From the NCBI RefSeq assembly GCF_009914755.1, contig NC_060947.1: DNA of 64,000 nt; one strand, 5' to 3'. The notes under the pieces are model-generated. The model had not been told where the DNA came from and made no database searches. It saw only the letters and a list, made by a program, of their open reading frames with translations. The position numbers were made by a program, and so were the translations under genes. The first letter of the stretch is position 1. Each line of letters begins with the position of its first letter. The stretch is from the human T2T-CHM13v2.0 reference genome, Homo sapiens. This document shows, in pieces, positions 41,580 to 52,593 of the stretch.

Positions 41580-43602
41580 TGTATCAGTCCGTTCTCACAC
41601 TGCTATAAAGATACTACATGAAACTGAGTAATTTATAAACAAAGGAGGTTTAATTGACTCACAGTTTCACGTGGCTGGGAGGCCTCAGGAAACTTACAAC
41701 CATGGCAGAAGGCAAAGGGGAAGCAAGGTACATCTTATATGGCAGCAGGAGAGAGAGAGAGCAGGGGAATTGTCAGACATTTATCAAACAACTGAATCTC
41801 ATGAGCCCACTATTATGAGAATAGCGTGGGTGAAATCACCCCCATGATCCAGTCACCTCCTATCAGTTCCCTCCCTTGACATGTGGGGATTACAATTCAG
41901 ATTTACAATTTGAGATGAGACTTGGGTGGGGACACAGCCAAATCGTATCATTCCTCCCCTGGCCCCTCCCAAATCTCATGTCCTTTTCACATTTCAAACC
42001 AATCATGCCTTCTCAACAATCCCCCAAAGTCTGAACTCATTCCAGCATTAACTCAAAAGTCCAAGTCCAAAGTCTCATCTGAGGCAAGGCAAGACCCTTA
42101 GGCCTAGGAGCCTGTAAAATCAAAAACAAGTTAGTTACTTCCAAGATACAATGGGAGTTCGGGCATTGAGTAAATTGTCCCATGCCAAATGGTAAAAATT
42201 GGCCAAAACAAAGGGGTCATAGGCCCCATGCAAGTCCAAAATCCAGCAGGGCAGTCATTATACCTTAAAGCTCCAAAATGATCTCCATTGACTCCATGTC
42301 TCACATTCAGGGCACACTGATGCAAGGGGTGGGCTTCCAAGGCCTTGAGCAGCTCTGTCCTTGTGGCTTTGTAGGGTACAGCATCCCTCCCGGCTGCTTT
42401 CATGGGCTGACATTGAGTGTTTGCAACTTTTCCAGTCTCATGGTGCAAGCTGTCAGTCAGTGCAAGCTGGGGTATGGAGGATGGTGGTCCTCTTCTCACA
42501 GCTCCACCAGGTAGTGCTACAGTGGGGACTCTATGTAGGGGTGCCCACCCCACATTTCCCTTCCACATTGCCCTAGTGAGGTTCTCCATGAGTGCCCTGC
42601 TCCTGCAGCAAGCCTCTGTCTGGATATCCAGGCATTTCCATACATCCTCTGAAATCTAGGCAGAGGTCCCCAAACCTCAATTCTTGACTTCTGTGCACCC
42701 ACAGGCTCAACACCACATGGAAGCTGCCAAGGCTTGGGGCTTGCACCCTCTGAACCCAAGGTTCAAGCTGTACCTTGGCCCCTTTTAGCCACGACTGGGA
42801 TGCAGAGCACCAAGTCCCAAGACTGCCCAAAGCAGCAAGGCCCTGGGCCTGGCCCACAAAACCATTCTTCCTCATAGGTGTCTGGGCCTGTGATGAGAGG
42901 GGATGCTGTGAAGACATCTGACACGCCTTGGAGACATTTTCCCCATTGTCTTGGCAATTAACATTCAGCTCCTTGTTACTTATGCAAATTTCTGCTTCAT
43001 CTCCATCTGAGACCATCTTGGCCTGGGCCTCCTTGTCCACATCACTATCAGCATTTTGGTCAAAACCATTCAACAAGTTTCTAGGAAGTTCCAAACTTTC
43101 CCACATCTTTCTCTTTTCTTCTGAGCCATCTGAACTGTTCCAACCTCTGCCTGTTACCCAGTTCCAAAGTCACTTCCACATTTTCAGGTTATCTCTATAG
43201 CAGTACCCCACTACTGGTACCAATTCTCTGTATTAGTCCATTCTCACACTGCTGTAAAGATACTACCTGAGGCTGGGTAATATATAAACAAAGAAGGTTT
43301 AATTGACTCACAGTTCTGCATGGCTGGGAGGCCTCAGGAAACTTGCAATCATGTTGGAAGACAAAGGGGAAGCAAGGCACATCTTACATGGCAGCAGGAG
43401 AGAGAGAGCAGGGGAAGTGCCAGATACTTATCAAACAGCCAGATCTCATGAGAACTCACTCACTATCAGGGGAATAGCATGGGGAAAACCACCTCCATGA
43501 TCCAGTCACCTTCCACCAGGTCCCTCCCTTGACATGTGGGTATTACAATTTGGATTACAATTCGAGATGAGATTTGGGTGGGGACACAGCCAAACCATAT
43601 CA
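41580..43602 (-). mobile_element. THE1D-like MaLR element: LTR 41580-41950, internal 41951-43228, LTR 43229-43602
   Basis: two direct LTRs tgtat(c/t)agtcc...tatca, THE1-int sequence between them, TSD gcccg/gccct. Confidence 0.93.
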
Positions 43603-43821
43603 GCCCTGAACACATCATTCCAGCTGGCCTTTAACAGGACTGTGATGTACCAAAAAAGTCACTAAGGCAGCCCAGAGATTGGTAAGATTTACCTTTACCC
43701 CTCAAAGTTTTTTGAACAGATTGACTTGAACAGTGCTGGATTATGGCAATTTACCTCAACCTCACCATAGTTATTATGAGAAGAAATATTGTTCTTCTAA
43801 GATTTTAAATTAGTTGCTTCA

Positions 43822-44064
43822 GTTTTTATTATTTTATTTTAGAATCAAGGGGTACATGTGCAGGTTTGTTACATGACTATACATTGCATAATCCTGAGGT
43901 TTCGGCTTCTATTGTCACCCAAATAGTGAACATAGAACCCAATAGGTAATTTTTCAACACTTTCCCTTCTCCTCTCCTCTCCCCTTTTGGAGTCCCCGTT
44001 ATCTATCATTTCCATTTTTATGTCCATGTGTATCCATTGTTTAGCTTCTACTTATAACTGAGAG
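43822..44064 (-). mobile_element. L1PB-like 3' end
   Basis: ggggtacatgtgcaggtttgttacatg; cacccaaatagtgaacatag; ccttttggagtcccc. Confidence 0.85.
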
Positions 44065-44214
44065 TGTATAATTTATAACTTGTATGTTTATCACAGTTAT
44101 TATTTTTTAATGACCCAGATTGAATATCCTCTTTTAAGTTTCACTCCCTTGCTTCTACTATATTGCTCTGCAAATACCTCTGTACAATTTTCAATTAAGA
44201 TTATAGAATGTAGA

Positions 44215-44722
44215 TCTTAATCCTAGGTGTCTCAGAATCACCTGGAAGGGCTTGTTAGAAATATGGATGCTAGGGCTGGGCGTGGTGGCTCATGCCTGTA
44301 ATCCCAGCACTTTGGGAGGCCAAGGTGAGCAGACTGCTTGAGCCAAGGAGTTTGAGATCAGCCTGGGCAACATGGCAAAACCCCGTCTCTAAAAAAAAAA
44401 TTTAAAAATAGAAAAATTATCTTGGTGTAGTGACACACACCTGTGGTCCCAGCTACTCGAGAAGCTGAGGTAGGAGGATTGCTTGAGCCCAGGAGGTCGA
44501 GGCTGTAGTGAGCCGTGATCTTACCACTGCACTTCAGTCTGGGCAACAGAATGAGACTCTGCCTCCAAAAAAAGAAAAAAACTGATGCCCCTGGACCTGT
44601 GACTCTGAATTTTCTTGGAGGACACCCCGGGTACCAGGTCTGCATTTGTACCTGGAGACATCTGTATTTTTAGCAAGCTCTTTCAGGTGATTTTGACATA
44701 CACCCAGGATTGAGAACCACCT
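44215..44722. mobile_element. MER5A-like DNA transposon split by Alu
   Basis: tcagaatcacctggaagggcttgtta // caggtgattttgac...ttgagaaccac. Confidence 0.8.
44274..44580 (+). mobile_element. Alu (AluJ)
   Basis: ggctgggcgtggtggctc...ggaggattgcttgagcccaggaggtcgaggctg (J diagnostics). Confidence 0.95.
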
Positions 44723-45072
44723 TTTTAAGGGATGCTGGGGAAAGGAGAGAAAATAAGAAAAACTAATTGGCATGTGAGGAAATGGGTCTTTATGATTCCT
44801 AGGGATTTGCCTTGGGAAAAGGAAAAGTAGAGAATATTTTTTAGAGCTCTACATACAAGGTTGTCCAGGCCAGTTCACTAGGGTTGGAAGATAGTCAAAA
44901 GTAGGAGGCAGTTGTTCTAAGTCTTGGTTGAACGTCATTGTTGTCTGGAGTGTTGCCAGGGTAAGCAATTTTTGGAAATCAGAGAGTGGACCTACATACA
45001 GTATATAGGGCCCAGTGAATACTTAATTTATTTAGATATATGATGCAGTAATGTTTTATAGTTGTGTTTCTC

Positions 45073-45539
45073 TTTTTTATTATATTTTAAGTTCTGGGAT
45101 ACATGTGCAGAACGTGCAGGTTTGTTACAATGGCACACGTGTGCCATGGTGGTTTGCTGCACCCATCAACCTGTCATCTACATTAGGTATTTTCCCTAAT
45201 GCTATCCCTCCCCTTGCCCCCACCCACCGACAAGCCCCAGTGTGTGATGTTCCCCTTCCTGTGCCTGTATGTTCTCATTGTTCAACTCCCGCTTATGAGT
45301 GAAAACATGCGGTGTTTGCTCTTGTTCCTGTGTTAGTTTGCTGAGAATGATGGTTTCCAGTTTCATCCATGTCCTTGCAAAGGACATGAACTCATTCTTT
45401 TTTATGGCTGCATAGTATTCCATGGTGTATATGTGCCACATTTTCTTTATCCAGTCTAACATTGATGGGCATTTGAGTTGGTTCCAAGTCTTTGTTATTG
45501 TGAATACTGCTGCAATAAACATATGTGTGCATGTGTCTT
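45073..45539 (-). mobile_element. L1PA7-like 3' end
   Basis: ttctgggatacatgtgcagaacgtgcagg; reverse ORF2 end (ORF 45202..45522). Confidence 0.92.
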
Positions 45540-46128
45540 CTCAAAGTGATGCCCTTGGTTGCCCTATTTAAAGACTGTGCATGTGTGTGTGTTTGTGTGT
45601 GTGTGTTGAAGGACTGGTGTTTAAAATGTGGCTTCCCAGTTTCCAGTTCCAACCTATCACTGCTGGATAAAATTTAAGAATCAATATTTTATAATATGGG
45701 GCTGAAAACATTTTTTTTTTCTGTTGAGGAGCACCAATGTTCAGAAAAATGTTCACAACAGTTAGAAAAATAAACTAGGTAATTATTTGGAATGAGTAAT
45801 GATATTCTATTTTCAAAAGAGTAGGAAATCTAAAACCATTCAGTATATATAACAAATGAAAAATACACTACAACTCTAAACTACGAACAATTAAGGAAGT
45901 TAAAGAGAGAAAGATGAACTCAGTAAATAGATGAGGGGAAAGATAAGTAAAGGGATGAATAACAAGAAACAATGTCCTATCTCAGCTACTATTACGACTT
46001 ATCATGGACTATAGATTTTTTAAAGAAACAGATAAACTATGCTAAACTTTACTCTTGAAACTGCTTTAATCATCCAGTTCTATCCATGTTGTGAATGACA
46101 GAATTTTCTTTTTTAAGGCTATAGAGTA

Positions 46129-46138
46129 TGTCTGTCTG

Positions 46139-46184
<46 letters not shown>

Positions 46185-46213
46185 CATCTATCTATCTATC
46201 ATCTATCTATATC
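46129..46213. repeat. Compound (TCTG)n(TCTA)n tetranucleotide STR
   Basis: read directly. Confidence 0.97.
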
Positions 46214-46751
46214 ATTCTCTTTAGTCATTCATCCATTGATGGACACTTAGGTTGATTCCATATCTTGGCTACTGTGAATAATGCTGCAATGAATATGGGA
46301 GTGCAGATAGCTCTTTGATGTACCAGTTTTAATTGTTTTGGCTATATACCCAGAAGTGGGATTGCTGGATCATCAGGTAATTCTATTTTTAGCTTTTTGA
46401 GGGCCCTCCGTACTATGCTAAGTGAAATAAGCCAGGCACAAAAAGTCAAATACTGCATGATCTCACTTATATGTGGAATCTAAAAAAGTTGAACTCATAG
46501 AAACAGAACAGCAAGGTAGTTACCAGAGGGAGGGATGTATAGAGACAGGGAAAGGGAAGATGTTGATCAAAGGACACAAAGTTTCAGTTAGACTGGAGGA
46601 ATAAGTTTTAGTAATCTATTGCACTGCATGGTGACCACAGTTAATAATAATGTGTAGTTGTCTCTCAGTGTCCTTGGAGGATTGGTTCCAGGACTCTCCT
46701 GAATACCAAAATCTATGAATGCTCAAGTCCTTGATATAAAATGGCATAGTG

Positions 46752-47543
46752 CAGCCAACAGACACATGAAAAAATGCTCATCATCACTGGCCATCAGAGA
46801 AATGCAAATCAAAACCACTATGAGATACCATCGCACACCAGTTAGAATGGCGATCATTAAAAAGTTAGGAAACAACAGGTGCTGGAGAGGATGTGGAGAA
46901 ATAGGAACACTTTTACACTGTTGGTGGGACTGTAAACTAGTTCAACCATTGTGGAAGACAGTGTGGCAATTCCTCAAGGATCTAGAACTAGAAATACCAT
47001 TTGACCCAGCCATCCCATTACTGGGTATATACCCAAAGGATTATAAATCATGCTGCTATAAAGACACATGCACACATATGTTTATTGTGGCAGTATTCAC
47101 AATAGCAAAGACTTGGAACCAACCCAAATGTCCATCAATGATAGATTGGATTAAGAAAATGTGGCATGTATACACCATGGAATACTATGTAGCCATAAAA
47201 AAGGATGAGTTCATGTCCTTTGTAGGGACATGGATGAAGCTGGAAACCATCATTCTCAGCAAACTATCGCAAGAACAAAAAACCAAACACCGCATGTTCT
47301 CACTCATAGGTGGGACTTGAACAATGAGAACACTTGGACACAGGAAGGGGGACATCACACACCAGGGCCTGTTGTGGGGTGGGGGGAGGGGGGAGGGAGA
47401 GCATTAGGAGATATACCTAATGTAAATGACGAGTTAATGGGTGCAGCACACCAACATGGCACATGTATACATATGTAACAAACCTGCACATTGTGCACAT
47501 GTACCCTAGAACTTAAAGTATAATACAAAATAAAAAATAAAGA
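46752..47543 (+). mobile_element. L1PA3-5-like, 5'-truncated, with TSD; open ORF2 C-terminus
   Basis: [18 protein letters not shown] motif; G-rich 3' UTR; TSD ataaa(a/g)tggcatagtg 46736-46751 / 47544-47559. Confidence 0.97.
47376..47397 (+). other. G-quadruplex-forming motif of the L1PA 3' UTR
   Basis: GGGG t GGGGGG a GGGGGG a GGG. Confidence 0.8.
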
Positions 47544-48929
47544 ATAAAGTGGCATAGTGTTTGCATGTTACCTATGCACATCCTCTTGTATTCTTTAAAT
47601 AATCTCTAGATTACTTATAATACCTAATACAATGTAAATGTTATATAAATATACTGCATTTTTAAGGTTTGTATTATTTTTATTGTTGTATTGTTATTTT
47701 TTCTGAATATTTTTTATTATCAGTTAGTTGAATCTGTGGATGTGGAATTCATAGATGTCAAGGGCCGACTGTATTGCATATTTCAAAATTGCTAAAAAAA
47801 ATAGACTTCTTAACATCTTAACCATTAAAAAAATGCTAAGTTGGTGAGTTAAAGGATATGTTAATCAGCTTGATTTAATCTTTCTACAATGTATACATAG
47901 ATCAAAACATCACATTGTACCCCATAAAATATACACAATTATTGTCAATTAAAACAAATAAAAAATTAAAAAAAGAGAAAAATCCTAAAATGCTTTAATG
48001 CTATCTAAACTTTTTACCTTCTGATATTCTCAAAACTCTCTTTTCCCAGACTTCCATTGAGAAAATTTCCAACTTTCTGCTCTGAAGAGAGAGAAGTCTT
48101 TTATCTCAGTGGAAGAGGACACGTTCTGTTTTCATGGAGTAACATCCCTATCTGCTGGCCTTCCAAAATATTGCCACTGCAGACAAAGAGTTTCTGAGGC
48201 AGAAGCATGATGGCTCTATCTCCACTCCACCAACCCCTGCATCCTGAGCCAGCCAGGTCCAGAAGCAGGAGGCGGGCAAAACCCCATGCTGGTCTCTCTC
48301 TCTCTCTCTAATCAAGAGCCTACTTCCCTGGAAGCCCTGACAAATTCCACTTCACAAGTCTATTATAGCCTAAATCACACACTGCCTTAGACTTATCCTG
48401 TGTAGCAGTCTGACTTCCCCCTCTGAAGATAGGGATTATTTCTTATTATTATAGAGTCCTAAGTGCCATCAGTGTCTAGCATACATTAGGCCGTCAATAA
48501 AATATTGGCTGAACAAAAATTTACCATAAAGGATAGAGTGTCCTAAGTTGCTTAAAAGTGTGCATTAACTACCTGATGAGACTTCAGCTTGTGTTACAGC
48601 TGCTTTTGTGAAATAAAGATTGTCCATTTCTTTTTATGATTATTTTAAAGCAGCTTTTATGCAGAGATACAAATGATTTTTTCTCATAGTGACAATGATC
48701 TTGCTTTCATCTTTGAGCAGTAAAACTTTTAAAAATGACTTTGAATGCTTATGTGAAATTGTGATCACCTAATTACCAATGATAAAGAGAAAGCAGTGAT
48801 GTGGTACACCAAATGCTATTTCAAGAATAATGAGTAATTACATTCAGGGAAGCTCCCTTACTTTTCTGACGGGATCAACCATACATGTGTATTCTAGACA
48901 TGTGGAAAGAGAATCCATTTGTGTAACAG

Positions 48930-49130
48930 TTATGGTCTTCAAAGTAGTTTCACATATGTGACTTCATTTTAGTCTCACAATCCCCTTCGGAGTTAGACAG
49001 AGGAGCTTTCATTTCCATTTGCCAGTTAGGACACTGCCACAGACAGCTTTAGTAATAGGGCCAAGATGAGCCTACAAATTAGTGCCAGAGCCAGGACAGA
49101 GCCATGTAGCTCCCTCCTCTTGTCCAGGAT
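48930..49130 (-). mobile_element. MIR
   Basis: ttcattttagtctcacaatcccc; agtgccagagccaggac. Confidence 0.6.
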
Positions 49131-49839
49131 GCACAGGGGTTGGTGTTTCGTGCTTGGACTGTATTAACTCTTTGGAGAGCAATATTAAGACAAAAACATC
49201 ATAATGTCAGAGCTTTATATGCACACAAAACCTCCATCCAAATGGTTTCGATTTATTTTTTGGAGAAAGGAAATCTTAGGCCCATCAGCCACATTCTTCA
49301 GGGTTGATTAGTATTGTTTCTATTTCCAATGTTTGGAATTTAGATGGCTCTGAGTGATTTGTGCATGGAATGGCAGCCCAAGTTCTGTTGTCACCACTGT
49401 TCCACTTGCTGCTTTCACAGTTTGCCCTACCTTTGTTTAAAATGATTGAAGAATGCTGTGAGGGCTGCTCTGAGGAAGCAGACAAGTGCATGCAAGTCTC
49501 TTCTTAAAGCAGCCTTTCAGCTTCCAAAGGAGGAGAAGAACTAATAATCTTTTATTTGTTTAGGCTGTTTGTGTTTATAGAATCCAGGAGTTCTCAGCAA
49601 CTTTCATTTAGCTTTTACAAATCACACACATACATTCTCCAAAATACAGCAGCTTAACCATTTCTCACCTTTGCAGTTTTTATCACTGGGCATAAAGTAA
49701 CCCCAAATGAAAACAAAGTAGGTGACAAAAATAGAATATGCTTTCAAAACTTTACTAATATCAGAAAAAAAGTGGAACTTCTAGGCCAACTAAAGATGTT
49801 TAGTCCTATGAATTTGTTAGGATTATTCTATACCTTATT

Positions 49840-50140
49840 GAGTTTTAATCCACTTCACATATTAATTTAGTTCAGCTCCTCTCTTTTTGCTCTGGGGAAA
49901 CTGGGTCCTCAAGAGAGTAAGTGATTTGTTCAAGGTCACACAAACAGTGGCAGAGCCAGGACTACAATTGTAACTGCCTATGTTCAGCCCAGTGCTCATT
50001 TCTTTGATTGCAGCTGAAGTCAGAGTCAGCTGTTTTCATATTTTCTTATAGTTAATACTACGAATACAAATAGCTAACCTCTACTGAGCACATGCTATGT
50101 TTCAAGCACTGTGCTAAGTGCTTTACATGCATTGTCTCTC
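49840..50140 (-). mobile_element. MIR fragments
   Basis: ggaaactg...taagtgatttgttcaaggtcacac; gcactgtgctaagtgctttacatgc. Confidence 0.7.
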
Positions 50141-50199
50141 ATGTTTAAACTTGCTAAACCTGCTTCTTTTTCAAAACAAACTGTAAACCAGTAATAATT

Positions 50200-50202
<3 letters not shown>

Positions 50203-50239
<37 letters not shown>
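50203..50239. repeat. (TC)n microsatellite
   Basis: read directly. Confidence 0.95.
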
Positions 50240-51109
50240 TTCCTGCTAAGAGGAAAACATGAAAACTTTAACTAAACATCATTTTTTATGGCTTCTCTTG
50301 GGGTCTGGCTCCGTGGCGTGCTCTCCTTCAGATCTTGCTCAGTCTTTCTCTTTCACCAAGCGATCTCCATGGTTGGTACTAAGGCTTATCAATAAGAGAA
50401 CACGATCCTGACCTTTAAAATGTATCCCAATAGTCCTTTGAACTGGGATTTTAATCTGCAGATAAAATGCAGTCAAATGATCAAATTTACTCATTTATTG
50501 TTTTACTTCTCATATAATGTCCCTTCATTTTATTAAGAGAATATTATATTTCTTTAATAAATAGTGTCTCTCCTAATCCCTGTAATTTCCATCTCTTGCT
50601 TTTGAACAGCATGCTAGAGAAGCGCCTTTTTTTGTTTTTTTTTTTAAAGAAGCACAATGGCTTTGGTCTTTCTAGGGAAGACAAAGGGCTAAATTAAAGG
50701 CACAGCTGGCAACTTGACACTGGCTGGGGGTGGAGAGACCTAGTTAGCATTCATCCATTTACCTCTGTCCAGTTGGCTAGCTTGTCTCTCTCTTCTTTCT
50801 CATCCCCTGAAGGCTGGGAGTAAAGAATCACCAGGTTCTTTATGGTACTTCCAACAGCTGGACCTATAGCAATTGCCTGCGGGTATGTCTTCCCTTGGAC
50901 AATAGGTGAGTAAGCCTGTAACCAGGTTGTCAAGAAGAGAGGAAATCCGAAATGTAAACATCAGCTTTCAATTACACTTGCACATATCTTTCTCTTACAA
51001 ATACCACACCTCATTTTTCATCTTTCTGAATGCATGATTTTGTTTCATTGAGAGAGAATTCACATTTTGAATACAGTGTCACAACTCAGTTTAGTTGAAA
51101 AGAAGTCCT

Positions 51110-51231
51110 TCATTTGTTCATTAATCCATTCATAGAACATTTGGTATGTTCTAGGCACTATACTAAACGCTTGTGCAGTCAAACATGAATCAAGCAGTCC
51201 CTGACCTTGAGAAGCTACAGTTTCATGGAGG
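51110..51231 (-). mobile_element. L2 3' end (continues after 52261)
   Basis: catttgttcattaatccattc...ctaggcacta...gtccctgaccttgagaagctacagt. Confidence 0.7.
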
Positions 51232-51781
51232 TGTCGAGGCATTGGAACAAGAGCAACTCCATCTTGAATAGGAGCTGGGTAAAATGAGGCTGAAACCTAC
51301 TCGGCTGCATTCCCAGATGGTTAAGGAATTCTAAGTCACAGGATGAGATTAAAGGTCAGCACAAAATATAGGTTGTAAAGACCTTGCTGATAAAACAGTT
51401 GCAGTAAAGAAGCCCACCCAAACCCACCAAAACCAAGATGGTGACGAGAGTGACCTATGGTCGTCCTCATTGCTACACTCTGACCAGCTCCATGACAGCT
51501 TACAAATGCCATGGCAAGGTCAGGAAGTTACCCTATATGGTCTAAAAAGCAGGAGGCATGAATAATCCACCTTTCGTTTAGCATATCATCAAGAAATAAC
51601 CATAAAAATGGGCAACCAGAAGCCCTCGGCGCTGCTGTCTATGGAGTAGCCATTCTTTATTCCTTTACTTTCATAATATACTTGCTTTTGCTTTGCACTG
51701 TGGACTCACCCTGAACTCTTTCTTGTGTGAGATCCAACAACCCTCTCTTGGAGTCTGGATCGGGACCCCTTTCCTGTAACA
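51232..51781 (+). mobile_element. MER41A solo LTR (ERV1)
   Basis: TG..CA termini; gagcaactccatcttgaataggagctgggtaaaatgaggctga; ggacccctttcctgtaaca; 550 bp; GAGG on both sides. Confidence 0.93.
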
Positions 51782-51785
51782 GAGG

Positions 51786-52257
51786 TGTGAAAGGAAAAGA
51801 AATCTTAGGGCTCCCAAAAACACTAAGCTAAAGGGAAAAGTCAAGCTGGAAACTTCTTGGGCCAATCTGCCTCCCATTCTATTCAAAGTCACCCCTCTGC
51901 TCACTGAGATAAATGCATATCTGATTGCCTCCTCTGGCGGAGCTTATCAGAAACTCAGAAGAATGCAACCATTTGTCTCTTACCTACCTATAACCTGGAA
52001 GCCCCCTCTCCACTTCCAGTCTGTCCACCTTTGCTTCGAGTTGTCCCACCTTTCCAGACAGAACCAATGTTCATCTTACATATGTTGATTGATGTTTCAT
52101 GTTTCCTTAAAATGTATAAAACCCAACTGTGCTCTGACCACCTTCGACACATGTCGTCAGATCCTCCTGAGGTTGTATCACTGGTACGTATCCTCAACAT
52201 TGGCAAAATAAACTTTATAAATTAACTGAGACCTGTGTCAGATTTTCGGGGTTCACA
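51786..52257 (+). mobile_element. MER4A1 solo LTR (ERV1)
   Basis: tgtgaaaggaaaa..aaatctt...cactaagctaaagggaaaagtcaagctgg...gggttcaca; 472 bp; GAGG on both sides. Confidence 0.92.
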
Positions 52258-52575
52258 GAGGCAATAGATATTTAATCAGGTTTTGATACACTATGGTAAG
52301 TGCAGTGATAAAAAATGCAAAGGTGAGGAATGGTTGAACTGCTGTATTTTGACAAAGAATGTGTTTGTGTGATTTATAAAAGCTAAATGAAAGTTGCTGA
52401 GAATGTTTAGGTAATCTCTTGCCTTCTCCTTTCCCTTCTGTTCTGACCATGAAGCAACCCTGGAGTTTCTGTGAATCTGCTGTTATTCTGGGGGCTGCCC
52501 GATTCGCGAATCATTCATTGCTCAGTTAAACTCTGTTAAATTTAATTCAGCTGAAGGTTTTCTTCTTTTATCAGA

Positions 52576-52593
52576 TGGTGTCACAAGTGGGAT
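52576..52593 (+). other. Primer binding site, tRNA-Leu(CAA)-like
   Basis: tggtgtcacaagtgggat vs TGGTGTCAGAAGTGGGAT (complement of the tRNA-Leu 3' end as I recall it), 2 nt after the LTR CA. Confidence 0.8.

Larger units (their letters stand above)
46655..47771 (+). mobile_element. MER2 (TcMar-Tigger) split by L1PA
   Basis: ggattggttccaggac...gctcaagtccttgatataaaatggcatagt // tttgcat...agggccgactg followed by TA. Confidence 0.9.
46071..47980 (+). mobile_element. L1MA element with 5' inversion (inverted part about 46071-46412), hosting MER2 and L1PA
   Basis: strand switch at ...ccgtac|tatgctaagtgaaataagcc; TSD aaactgctttaat (46058-46070) / aaaatgctttaat (47987-47999). Confidence 0.85.

Noticed and set aside
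42131-43200. Cluster of 64-177 aa ORFs
   Set aside because: All lie in the THE1 internal region; they are overlapping, broken frames of a decayed MaLR ORF, not a host gene.
51232-51781. Interferon-gamma-inducible STAT1 enhancer as described for MER41B
   Set aside because: I see no tandem TTCnnnGAA sites, and the 550-bp length fits MER41A, which lacks them.
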